Positions 7,114 to 15,581 of a stretch of 24,000 nucleotides of DNA are shown piece by piece. The DNA comes from Thiogranum sp. (GTDB lineage Bacteria > Pseudomonadota > Gammaproteobacteria > DSM-19610), in assembly GCA_030148775.1 (NCBI GenBank), contig JASBST010000020.1, forward strand, positions 102,674-126,673. Direction: 5' to 3'. The notes beneath the pieces were generated by a model. The model had not been told where the DNA came from. It saw nothing but the letters and a program-made list of their open reading frames with translations, and made no database searches. Positions within the stretch are counted from its first letter, which is position 1, and the number at the start of each line of letters is the position of its first letter. A program made the position numbers and the translations under genes.

Positions 7114-9768
7114 TCAGTGTTTGCGGAAGAAGATGTAACGGTAACCGCCGGCGATCAGAGCGGCGATATCCATCAGCAGGGGCGGCAACGGCGTGAGCAC
7201 CGGATAGGCCAGATAGCTGCCGCGCCACAGCGGGTGAAATTTTTCCTTGAAGCTGCGCAGACCCTTGTAGTTGTAGAAACGGTTGCCGTATTCAAAGGCA
7301 AAACGCGCCACTTTCTCCCCGGCGCGCGCGTAGCGGTTGCCGCCGACACCGCTCAGCGGCGCCAGGCCGAGATTGAAATAGCGATAACCGGCGCCGCGCG
7401 CGTGTTCGATCAGGTTCGCGAACAGAAATTCCATGGTCCCGGGCGGGGCGCTGTCGTGCTGGCGCATCAGATCGACACTGAGTTCCTGCTGCCGCGCATA
7501 GTCCGGCATCAGGCTGGCGAAGGCCACGATGCGTTGCTCCACGCTAACGGCGGCGATGTCGCCGCGGCTGAGATAAGCGCGGGAGAACGCCCCCAACGAG
7601 AAACCTTTTTCCGCGCCATGGCGGCTGCGCAGCCAGTGGTCCGAGACGGCTTTCAGCTGTTCCCAGGTGGCCTCGTCTAGCGGCTGTCGCAACCAGTGGA
7701 ACGTGACGCCGCCGCGCTTGGCGCGATTGACAGCATGACGTACCGCTTCACCGCGCTTGCCGCTTAAGCTGAAGCCGTCGAGTTCTACCAGCGCCGCTTC
7801 GCCCAGTTTGAGAAAGGCAAAGCCCGCGTCGTGATAGCGGTGCAGCTCGGATTCCTCGACTTCGTAAAAACAGGCGGTCAAGTTCAGGCGATCGGCGTAC
7901 TCGCGGAACGCGACCACCAGCGCGTCGAAAGCCTGCGGGTTGCCGCAAGGATCGCCCAGGGCCAGCAAGCGGTCGCGAACGATCCCGTATTGAATGAAAG
8001 CATCGCGCGCCTCTGACCAGAACAGGCGTTTATCACCAAGGAAAACCAAATGGGCGAAGCCGCTACCGCCGAAACGTTGCAGCAGTGCCTGGGCCTCTGC
8101 CAGCTCGTCGGCGCCGGCGGGCGAGGCCACCGTCGGGGTGCGGCGATACAGCGCCCAGGACAGCACCACCAGCACCACCAGCGCGGCCACCAGTAACGAG
8201 CGGGCAAAGCGCGGCGCTTCGTCAGCGGCGGAGAACTGCGACAGCCGCTCCCAGCCGAGCGGAATTGCCCCGTGGACCCAGTCGCCCAACCAGGCAAAGG
8301 CGACTACGGCGACCATCATCCCGACCAGCCAGCGCAGATTGCGCGGATGGAACAACATGAAGTCGGTGCGATAAAAGCGCTTGCGCTCGAGGCGCAGCAG
8401 CGCGGCGATGCCGGCCAGTAGCGCCGCCTCTTCATAGTCGATGCCTTTGAGCAGGCTGAAGGCGATGCCGGCGCCGAGTAAACTCAGGGTGAAGCGATAA
8501 GCGCTGCGGTATTGTTCGGCGATTCCGCGCGAAACGGCGATCAGCAAAACGCCCGTGGCTACCGACAACAGGTGGGAGATTTCTATAATCCCCAATGGTA
8601 CCAGCTTGTGCAACAAGGTGAGACGCGGCACCAGCGTCGGAAAGGCCGCCGAGGCCAGCAGCATGGCGCCGGCGAGAAAGGTGAGATAAGCCAGCACGCG
8701 CACACCGAGCGAAGCGAGCAGGTTGAGCGGCGGGCGTAATAGCCCGAGCCAGCGGTTACTGCGCCAGAGTTGCTCCAGCGCGAAGCGTTGCACCTGGCGC
8801 GTGGCCACCAGGCGGCCGGCGCCGAGATACAGGCCGATGCACCAGGGGACGACGTAGTAGCACAAACGGTACACCAGCAGGCCGGAAATCACGCTGGCCG
8901 GCTGTTCGCTGAACGGCGCCAGCAGAAGAAACAGTGCGGTATCGAACACGCCCAGGCCGCCGGGTATCAGGCTGAGGATTCCCAGTGTGCTGGCGAGTAC
9001 GAACGCGGCCAGGAAAACAGCGCCGTCCAGGCCGGCGCCGCTGATCTGCAAGGCCAGCCAGGCGGTGGCCGCGGCCAGCAGCCAGTCGAGGGTGGAAATC
9101 GCCGTCAACGACAGCAATCGGGCGCCGGGGATCGGGGTCAGGACACGGACAAAGCGCTGCAGTGCGCCACGCCGCAGCAACCAAAAATACAAGGGCAGAT
9201 ACAGGGCGAATGCGCCCAGCGCCAGACGCACGACCCAGTCGGCGACGGGCAAGGCCTCGGTATCGGGCACGGCGAACAAAAGCGGCCAGCTCAAGACAGA
9301 CAATCCCACGGGTAGCGAGAACAGGATCAAGGCGGTAAACGCCGTTGCGCTCCGGGCGCCGAGTTTCTCGCCGCTCAGCAGCAACAGGCGAATGGCGCTG
9401 CCGGCCAGGCCGGACAACCCGATCAGATTGTTGAAGCTGTTGGCGATCCAGGCGTTGCGCAACAGGGTTGGCGGCGGCAGCGGCAGGCGTAAGATGCGCG
9501 CCGCCAGCCAGTCGTGCAGACCCATGACGAAAATGCCGATGAGGGCGATCAGTTGCACGCCGGCCAGATGCGCCGGATCGAGCGCGCGCCAGGTGGCGCG
9601 GATGGCATGAAAGTCGAGCTGCTGCAGACCGCGCGCGGCGGCGACGCCGACCAGGGCGAGGAACACAAGCGGCACGCCGCGGCGCAGCCAAAGCAGCGCG
9701 GCCGGTGGCGCGGGCCCTTCCTCGGGTAACGATCGATCGTCCCTGACTGCGGTACGCCGTCCGGTCAT
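7114..9768 (-). CDS. mprF: Bifunctional aminoacyl-phosphatidylglycerol flippase/synthase MprF
   Basis: 884 aa. The N-terminal ~540 aa is polytopic membrane (many hydrophobic helices). The C-terminal cytoplasmic synthase domain carries family motifs: FLGDKRLFWSE, FYEV, GFAFLKLGEAALV, GKRGEAVRHAVNRAKRGGVTF, EKGFSLGAF, SVDLMR, PGTMEFLF, YRYFNLGLAPLSG, RFYNYKGLRSFKEKFHPLW. Confidence 0.9.
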   Translation of the reverse strand: MTGRRTAVRDDRSLPEEGPAPPAALLWLRRGVPLVFLALVGVAAARGLQQLDFHAIRATWRALDPAHLAGVQLIALIGIFVMGLHDWLAARILRLPLPPPTLLRNAWIANSFNNLIGLSGLAGSAIRLLLLSGEKLGARSATAFTALILFSLPVGLSVLSWPLLFAVPDTEALPVADWVVRLALGAFALYLPLYFWLLRRGALQRFVRVLTPIPGARLLSLTAISTLDWLLAAATAWLALQISGAGLDGAVFLAAFVLASTLGILSLIPGGLGVFDTALFLLLAPFSEQPASVISGLLVYRLCYYVVPWCIGLYLGAGRLVATRQVQRFALEQLWRSNRWLGLLRPPLNLLASLGVRVLAYLTFLAGAMLLASAAFPTLVPRLTLLHKLVPLGIIEISHLLSVATGVLLIAVSRGIAEQYRSAYRFTLSLLGAGIAFSLLKGIDYEEAALLAGIAALLRLERKRFYRTDFMLFHPRNLRWLVGMMVAVVAFAWLGDWVHGAIPLGWERLSQFSAADEAPRFARSLLVAALVVLVVLSWALYRRTPTVASPAGADELAEAQALLQRFGGSGFAHLVFLGDKRLFWSEARDAFIQYGIVRDRLLALGDPCGNPQAFDALVVAFREYADRLNLTACFYEVEESELHRYHDAGFAFLKLGEAALVELDGFSLSGKRGEAVRHAVNRAKRGGVTFHWLRQPLDEATWEQLKAVSDHWLRSRHGAEKGFSLGAFSRAYLSRGDIAAVSVEQRIVAFASLMPDYARQQELSVDLMRQHDSAPPGTMEFLFANLIEHARGAGYRYFNLGLAPLSGVGGNRYARAGEKVARFAFEYGNRFYNYKGLRSFKEKFHPLWRGSYLAYPVLTPLPPLLMDIAALIAGGYRYIFFRKH

Positions 9769-9949
9769 GACCCTTTACTAACGATCCGCTGTCGCGGAGA
9801 TGAGAGTACCCATAGTCTAGAGAATATCAGAACCTTTGCCCGCAACCGGCATCTAAGTTTCAGCGTCGGGTCGTTGATGCGCCGCCGGCGGTCTGTCTGT
9901 ATCTATCGGTTGCGGCCGTCGGCATCTGTTGAAATCAAAAGGATCGAGT

Positions 9950-11482
9950 ATGCGCGAATCATCGGCCGGGAGGACTCCGCAACACGCCCAGTTCGTCCTC
10001 TTCGGCGCCATGGGCGATCTGGCCTGGCGGCTGATCGGACCGGCGTTGTACAACCTGCACCTGGACGGTCACCTGCCGCAGGAATTCGCCTTGATCGGCG
10101 TCGATCGCGAAATCAGCGTCGATGCCTTACGCCAGCGCTGGCGCGACGGCGTAGACCGCTTTTCGCGTCGCGGCCGTGCCGAACAAGCGGACTGGGATTC
10201 GTTTGCCGGCCTCTTGCAGGTTCATGCGATGGATCTTACGCAGCCGGCGCAATACGAGGGTCTCAAGGTCCGTCTCGACGTCGCCGCCGAAAAAGCCGGC
10301 GCGCAGGTGTTCTATCTTGCCATTCCGCCGCGCCTGTTCGCCGCCGTGACCGACGGCCTGGCTTCGGTCGGCCTGCAGCGTCCCCGCGGGCGGGCACGGG
10401 TGGTGGTGGAGAAGCCGCTGGGCGACAGCCTGCAGGCGTTTTGCCGTATCGACCAGAGCCTGCGCAGCCATTTCGAGGAGTCCCAGATCTATCGCATGGA
10501 TCATTTCCTGGGCAAGGAGACAGTGCAGAACATTCTGGCGATGCGCTTTGCCAATCCTATATTCGAACCCATCTGGAACCGCCGCTATATCGACCATGTG
10601 GCGATTACCGTGGCCGAAAGCATCGGCGTGGGGCACCGCGCCGGCTATTACGAACACGCCGGCGCGCTGCGCGACATGGTGCAGAACCACCTGCTGCAGG
10701 TCATGTGTCTGGTGGCGATGGAGCCGCCGGTGGCTTATGATGCTGACGATATCCGCAACAAGAAGCTTGACGTCCTGCGCGCCTGTCGGCGTATTCCCGC
10801 CGACGATGTTCGCCGTTTTGCGGTGCGCGGACAGTACGCCGGCGGCTGGATTGAGGGCGAGGCGGTGCCGGGCTACTGCGACGAGCCCGATATCGCGGCG
10901 GGATCGAATACCGAGACCTATGCCGCGATCAAATTGCTGGTGGACAACTGGCGTTGGCAGGATGTGCCCTTTTATCTGCGCACCGGAAAGCGCCTGGCGG
11001 CGACCGTCTCGGAGATTTCGATCCGCTTCCGGGACATTCCGCACAATGCGTTTCCGGCCGATACGGGCCTGAACTCGCAACCGGTGCGGCTGGTGATCCA
11101 GATCCAGCCGCAGGAGGGGATCATACTGAAATTCATGGCCAAGCAACCCGGCAGTCCGCTACGTCTGCGACCGGTGGATATGCGTTTCAGCTATTGCGAC
11201 GCCTTTAAAACGGCCAGCCCGGGTGCCTACGAAACTTTGCTGCGAGACCTGCTGGCCGGCGACGCCACCCTGTTCATGCGCGCCGATCAGGTCGAGGCCG
11301 CCTGGTCGCTACTGATGCCGGTGCTGGAGGCCTGGGCGGCCAATCCGGCACTTGACTTTCCCAATTATCCGGCCGGCACCTGGGGGCCCGAGGCCGCCGA
11401 GCGCCTGGTGGCGCGCGACGGTCGCGCCTGGCTCACGCCAAGCGCGCCGCGTGCAGCGGCGAGTAGCGGGCGTTGTGACTGA
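9950..11482 (+). CDS. zwf: Glucose-6-phosphate 1-dehydrogenase
   Basis: NADP-binding N-terminus FVLFGAMGDLAWRLIGPALYNL. Active-site block RMDHFLGKETVQNILAMRFANPIFEPIWN. Also YYEHAGALRDMVQNHLLQVMCLVAMEPP. The ORF-track start at 9929 is a TTG. ATG 9950 has AAGGA about 7 nt upstream. Confidence 0.92.
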   Translation: MRESSAGRTPQHAQFVLFGAMGDLAWRLIGPALYNLHLDGHLPQEFALIGVDREISVDALRQRWRDGVDRFSRRGRAEQADWDSFAGLLQVHAMDLTQPAQYEGLKVRLDVAAEKAGAQVFYLAIPPRLFAAVTDGLASVGLQRPRGRARVVVEKPLGDSLQAFCRIDQSLRSHFEESQIYRMDHFLGKETVQNILAMRFANPIFEPIWNRRYIDHVAITVAESIGVGHRAGYYEHAGALRDMVQNHLLQVMCLVAMEPPVAYDADDIRNKKLDVLRACRRIPADDVRRFAVRGQYAGGWIEGEAVPGYCDEPDIAAGSNTETYAAIKLLVDNWRWQDVPFYLRTGKRLAATVSEISIRFRDIPHNAFPADTGLNSQPVRLVIQIQPQEGIILKFMAKQPGSPLRLRPVDMRFSYCDAFKTASPGAYETLLRDLLAGDATLFMRADQVEAAWSLLMPVLEAWAANPALDFPNYPAGTWGPEAAERLVARDGRAWLTPSAPRAAASSGRCD

Positions 11483-13841
11483 CGCCGCGGTCTTTGACGC
11501 CGAACAAGCCCCGGGGGCGCCGGGCATGCTGCCCAACTGGTGCGACGGCGCCAAGCAGATGGTCGGGACCAGCCTGGGCCCGGCGCGGGTCTGGTTCACC
11601 GTCGGTCAGGGCATCCTCAACGAAATCTATTATCCGCGCGTCGATATTCCGCAGGTGCGCGATCTCGGCATCATCGTCGCCGATGGCGACGGCTTTTGGC
11701 AGGAGGTCAAACGCCTGCCCGAGTGTCGGCTGAGCTGCGTAGCGCCCGGTATTCCCGCTGTCACCGTGGTGCATCGCCACGAGCGGTTTACCCTGACCCA
11801 GCGGTTGGTGCCAGAGCCCAACCGCGATGTGATGCTGCTGGAAATCAGTTTGCAGGGCGACGAGGCGCTGCGCCCCTATGTGTTGCTGGCGCCGCATCTG
11901 GGCGGCACGGGCCGGCAGAACATGGCCGAAGCCGGTCGCTTTCGCACCCGCCGCGTGCTCTGGGCCGAACAAGGCCCCTTCGGTCTGGCGATGGCGGCCG
12001 TCGACGCACATCAGGGCGATGCGTTGGGCGTGTGCAGCGCCGGTTATTCGGGCGAGTCCGATGGCTGGCAGGATTTCAACCGCCACGGCCGCTTGCGCCG
12101 ACGCTACCGCCGCGCCGGACCGGGCAACGTTGCCTTGACCGGTGCATTGCCGCGCCAGGCGGTGGTCGCACTGGGGTTCGGCAGCAGCCGCGAAGCCGCG
12201 GCGACCCTGGCGATTTCGGCATTGTTACATCCGTTTGAATTGATCTGGCAGCAACAGATCGCACACTGGCGCGAGTGGCACACGCGGCGTTGTGTGCCGC
12301 CGACGCCCACCCGTGGCAAGCTCCCCGTGGCGCTGGACGAGCAGGTGCGTACCAGCGCCATGGTGCTGCGTGTGCATCAGGATCAGACCTTCCGTGGAGC
12401 GTTGATCGCCAGCCTCAGCGTGCCCTGGGGCGAGCATTCGGAAGAACGCCCCGGTTACCATCTGGTCTGGCCGCGCGATCTGGTCGAGTGCGCCGGGGCG
12501 CTGCTGGCCTTGGGCGCCGACATCGAGGCGCGGGAGATCCTGCGCTACCTGATGGCGACGCAACGCGAAGACGGCAGCTGGTATCAGAACCAGTGGCTGG
12601 GCGGCAAGCCCTATTGGACCGGTGTGCAGCTCGATCAGGTCGCCTTTCCGGTGCTGCTCGCCGGTACCCTGGCCGAGCGCGATTCGCTCGACGGTATCGA
12701 GGTCGGCACCATGGTGCAACAGGCGTTGGGCTTTATCGCCACCCACGGGCCGGCCAGCCCGCAGGATCGTTGGGAGGAGAACAGCGGCGTCAGCACTTTT
12801 ACTCTGGCGGTCTGTATCGCGGCGCTGGTATCGGGAGCGCAGTTTCTGCCCAGCGCCGAAGAAGCCTTCGTGTTGGAGCTGGCCGACTACTGGAATCTGC
12901 GCCTCGACGCCTGGACGGCGGTGCGGGACACGCCGTTCGCGCGCCGCCATGGGGTCGACAGCTACTACCTGCGGATCATGCCGGGCGCGGCGCTGCTCGA
13001 CGAGTCCGTGCTCACACAAGTGCTGCCGATCAAAAACCGTCAGCTCGACCCCGGCCTGTTGCCGACCGAACAGATCGGGGTGGATTTTCTACAACTGGTG
13101 CGCTACGGACTGCGTGAGCCCGATGATCCGCTGGTACGCGACACCCTGGCGTTGGTCGACCGTCAGCTGCGCGTCGATTTGCCTCAAGGCCCCGGCTGGT
13201 ATCGTTATACCGGCGACGGCTACGGCGAACACGCCGACGGTCGCGCCTACAACGGCAGCGGACGTGGTCGTGTCTGGCCGCTGTTGACCGGTGAGCGCGG
13301 GCACTATGAGCTGGCGCGCGGCGGCGACGCCATGCTTTATCTGCGCGCCATGGCGGCGATGGCCGGAGACGGCGGCATGCTGCCCGAGCAGGTCTGGGAC
13401 AGCGAGGATATCGCCGCGCGCCGATTGTTCCGCGGCCGCGCCACCGGGTCGGCCATGCCGCTGGCCTGGGCCCACGCTGAGTATATAAAACTGGCCTGTT
13501 CCATCGCGCAGGGGTATCCGGTGGATCGGCCGCACACCCTTTGGGCGCGTTACCGTGGCCGCCGACCCGAGGCGGCGATCTGGTACTGGTCGCCACAGGC
13601 GCCATTGCGCACCATGCCGGCAAACGCCCGGCTCGGCTTCTGCCTGCCGCAAGCGGCGACGGTCGTCTGGTCCTGTGACGACGAGACGCCGGAGCAGTCC
13701 ATTGCCACCCGCGAGCTGGCCATGGGGGTGCATCTGGCACGGCTGCCGGCGCAGCCGCGCGCACGGCAACGGCTGACTTTTCGTCTCAAGGGTTACGGTG
13801 CGCCGGATACGCGCTATGCTGTACAGCTTGTTAACGAGTGA
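11475..13841 (+). CDS. Glycoside hydrolase family 15 enzyme (bacterial glucoamylase / glucodextranase / trehalase type)
   Basis: N-terminal glucodextranase-type domain (APGAPGMLPNWCDGAKQMVGTSLG...WFTVGQGILNEIYYP). (alpha/alpha)6 catalytic domain with the GH15 general-acid motif QDRWEENSG and the general-base region GMLPEQVWD. The ORF-track start at 11352 lies inside zwf. GTG 11475 keeps the conserved N-terminus and overlaps the zwf stop (GTGACTGA). ATG 11526 would truncate the conserved APGxPG block. Confidence 0.85.
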   Translation: MTDAAVFDAEQAPGAPGMLPNWCDGAKQMVGTSLGPARVWFTVGQGILNEIYYPRVDIPQVRDLGIIVADGDGFWQEVKRLPECRLSCVAPGIPAVTVVHRHERFTLTQRLVPEPNRDVMLLEISLQGDEALRPYVLLAPHLGGTGRQNMAEAGRFRTRRVLWAEQGPFGLAMAAVDAHQGDALGVCSAGYSGESDGWQDFNRHGRLRRRYRRAGPGNVALTGALPRQAVVALGFGSSREAAATLAISALLHPFELIWQQQIAHWREWHTRRCVPPTPTRGKLPVALDEQVRTSAMVLRVHQDQTFRGALIASLSVPWGEHSEERPGYHLVWPRDLVECAGALLALGADIEAREILRYLMATQREDGSWYQNQWLGGKPYWTGVQLDQVAFPVLLAGTLAERDSLDGIEVGTMVQQALGFIATHGPASPQDRWEENSGVSTFTLAVCIAALVSGAQFLPSAEEAFVLELADYWNLRLDAWTAVRDTPFARRHGVDSYYLRIMPGAALLDESVLTQVLPIKNRQLDPGLLPTEQIGVDFLQLVRYGLREPDDPLVRDTLALVDRQLRVDLPQGPGWYRYTGDGYGEHADGRAYNGSGRGRVWPLLTGERGHYELARGGDAMLYLRAMAAMAGDGGMLPEQVWDSEDIAARRLFRGRATGSAMPLAWAHAEYIKLACSIAQGYPVDRPHTLWARYRGRRPEAAIWYWSPQAPLRTMPANARLGFCLPQAATVVWSCDDETPEQSIATRELAMGVHLARLPAQPRARQRLTFRLKGYGAPDTRYAVQLVNE

Positions 13842-13865
13842 GCGAGCCGGTCGGGCCCTGCGTCG

Positions 13866-14336
13866 ATGGACAAAAGCAAAGGTATCAAGCGCCGCGGCGA
13901 TCCGCTGCCGGTGATCGGTTGGCGCGAATGGATCGCGCTGCCGGCGTTGGGTATCGAGCAGATCAAGGCCAAGACGGATACCGGCGCAAGAACTTCCGCG
14001 CTGCACGCATTCTACGTCGAGCCTTTTAGCCGAGACGGTAGCGACTGGGTGCGTTTCGGCATCCACCCGCTACAGCGGCGCAACGATCTGGTGATCGAGT
14101 GCATCGCGCCCGTGCACGATCAGCGCGTGGTCACCGATTCCGGCGGTCACGCCGAGCGGCGTTATGTAATTTCCACGCCGGTGCGTCTGGGCGAGTGGGA
14201 ATGGGACATCGAACTCACCCTCACCAACCGCGATACCATGCGCTTTCGCATGCTGATGGGACGCATCGCGCTCGATGGACGTTTTCTGGTCGATCCGGCG
14301 GCGTCCTATCTCCTCAGTCGCAAGTCTTCGCGCTAG
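13866..14336 (+). CDS. Retropepsin-like aspartic endopeptidase of the 'ATP-dependent zinc protease' / RimK-associated (RimB-like) family
   Basis: 156 aa. Family-typical N-terminus [33 protein letters not shown] contains the aspartic-protease D-T-G-A signature. It starts 24 nt after the GH15 stop. No clear SD. Confidence 0.8.
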   Translation: MDKSKGIKRRGDPLPVIGWREWIALPALGIEQIKAKTDTGARTSALHAFYVEPFSRDGSDWVRFGIHPLQRRNDLVIECIAPVHDQRVVTDSGGHAERRYVISTPVRLGEWEWDIELTLTNRDTMRFRMLMGRIALDGRFLVDPAASYLLSRKSSR

Positions 14337-14544
14337 CTCTCGTCCGCGCCGGACGTGCGCAGGCCGCGGGGGAACTTTCGCCGCAGGCCGGAATCTATTG
14401 GCTCGTTCTCACCAGCACGAGCAGAAAAGAGCAGCCAATGCGTATGAGAATAGCGGCCAATGGCGTGGAGCAAACGGTGTCGTTCCGGCGCGCTTTCCAC
14501 ATCTTCTTTTTCGATAGCGGTTTCCCCTGAGTCTTTCTTCCGCG

Positions 14545-14565
14545 CGCGTCACTTGACGCGTTTTT
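14545..14565 (+). terminator. Small hairpin + T5, candidate intrinsic terminator/attenuator in the 315-nt gap upstream of the ABC operon
   Basis: CGCGTC (14545-14550), loop ACTT, GACGCG (14555-14560), then TTTTT (14561-14565). Only the + strand has the U-tract. Confidence 0.35.
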
Positions 14566-14651
14566 AACTTCCGTCAGGAAATGGTTCCGGCGGTATCCCA
14601 ATGGCGCATACGCCAGGTCGACAGGCTGGCAACAAATTCAAGGGGGCGTAG

Positions 14652-15581
14652 ATGATTACGGTCGAGCATTTAACACGCAGCTATGGTGATTTTCTTGCCG
14701 TGGACGATGTCTCGTTTGGCATTGAGCGTGGAGAAATCGTCGGGCTGCTTGGTCACAACGGCACCGGCAAGACCAGCATCATGAAGATGTTGACGGGATA
14801 CCTTGAGCCGACCTCCGGTGTCATCCGGGTGGACGGGCTCGAAATCGGGCCCGACACCCGCGCGATTCAACGGCGGGTCGGCTATCTGCCGGAGAACTGC
14901 CCGGTCTATCCGGAAATGAGCGTGATCGACTACCTGGACTTCCAGGCCAGTCTGCACGGTGTCGAGGAAACGCAGCGGCCGCACGCCGTCGCCCGTGCCA
15001 TCCGCCGCAGCGCCCTGCAGGAAAAGGCATTGCAGCCGATCGACACGCTCTCGCGCGGCTACCGCCAGCGTGTCGGTGTCGCCCAGGCCATTTTGCACGC
15101 GCCCGACATTGTCATTCTCGACGAACCGACCAATGGCCTCGACCCGACCCAGATCGTCTCGATGCGCGAACTCATCCGTGAACTGGCGAAGAACGCGACG
15201 GTGATCGTCTCCACGCACATCCTGCAGGAGGTGCAGGCGGTCTGCGACCGGGTGCTGATTCTGCGCAGCGGGCGGCTGGCGGTGGACACGCGGCTGGATG
15301 CCTTGCAGCGGCAGTCGCGCCTGCTGGTGTCGGTCGACCGCGAAGCGGCCGAGCCGCTCGCCAGCGTCGAAGGCGTCAGCGCCGTGGAGGTGCGCGGGCA
15401 GGCCAACGGCCTGTGGCAGTACGCGTTGGAGGCCGCTGCGGACACCGCTCCCGCCGTGGCCAGCGCGCTCAACGCCGCCGGCCGGCGGCTGTATCTGTTG
15501 CAGCCCGAACACCGCGACCTGGAAACTCTGTTCGCCCAGGTCAATACGCCGGCGGCCGACAAGGAGGTGGCGCATGGCTGA
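14652..15581 (+). CDS. ABC transporter ATP-binding protein (ABC-2 / GldA-like subfamily)
   Basis: AAGGGGG SD upstream of the ATG. Walker A GHNGTGKTS, Q-loop, signature LSRGYRQRVGVAQAIL, Walker B IVILDEPTNGLD, H-loop STHIL. C-terminal ~85-aa extension as in GldA-type ATPases. Confidence 0.9.
   Translation: MITVEHLTRSYGDFLAVDDVSFGIERGEIVGLLGHNGTGKTSIMKMLTGYLEPTSGVIRVDGLEIGPDTRAIQRRVGYLPENCPVYPEMSVIDYLDFQASLHGVEETQRPHAVARAIRRSALQEKALQPIDTLSRGYRQRVGVAQAILHAPDIVILDEPTNGLDPTQIVSMRELIRELAKNATVIVSTHILQEVQAVCDRVLILRSGRLAVDTRLDALQRQSRLLVSVDREAAEPLASVEGVSAVEVRGQANGLWQYALEAAADTAPAVASALNAAGRRLYLLQPEHRDLETLFAQVNTPAADKEVAHG

Noticed and set aside
8756-9691. 311-aa minus-strand ORF in an alternative frame inside mprF, together with the + strand ORFs 8770..9315 and 8987..9610.
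   Set aside because: Off-frame or antisense to a gene with unambiguous MprF motifs. The translations are Arg/Pro/Gly-rich with no structure.
9929-9938. Small palindrome TTGAaaTCAA just upstream of the zwf SD, considered as a possible HexR/other repressor operator.
   Set aside because: The arms are only 4 bp and it does not match any operator consensus I can recall with confidence. Too short to distinguish from chance.
14395-14601. 68-aa basic minus-strand ORF (MGYRRNHFLTEVKNASSDARGRKTQGK...) in the gap upstream of the ABC operon.
   Set aside because: No SD and no family resemblance. It overlaps the + strand hairpin/T-run, which has the orientation of a + strand terminator. Treated as non-coding.
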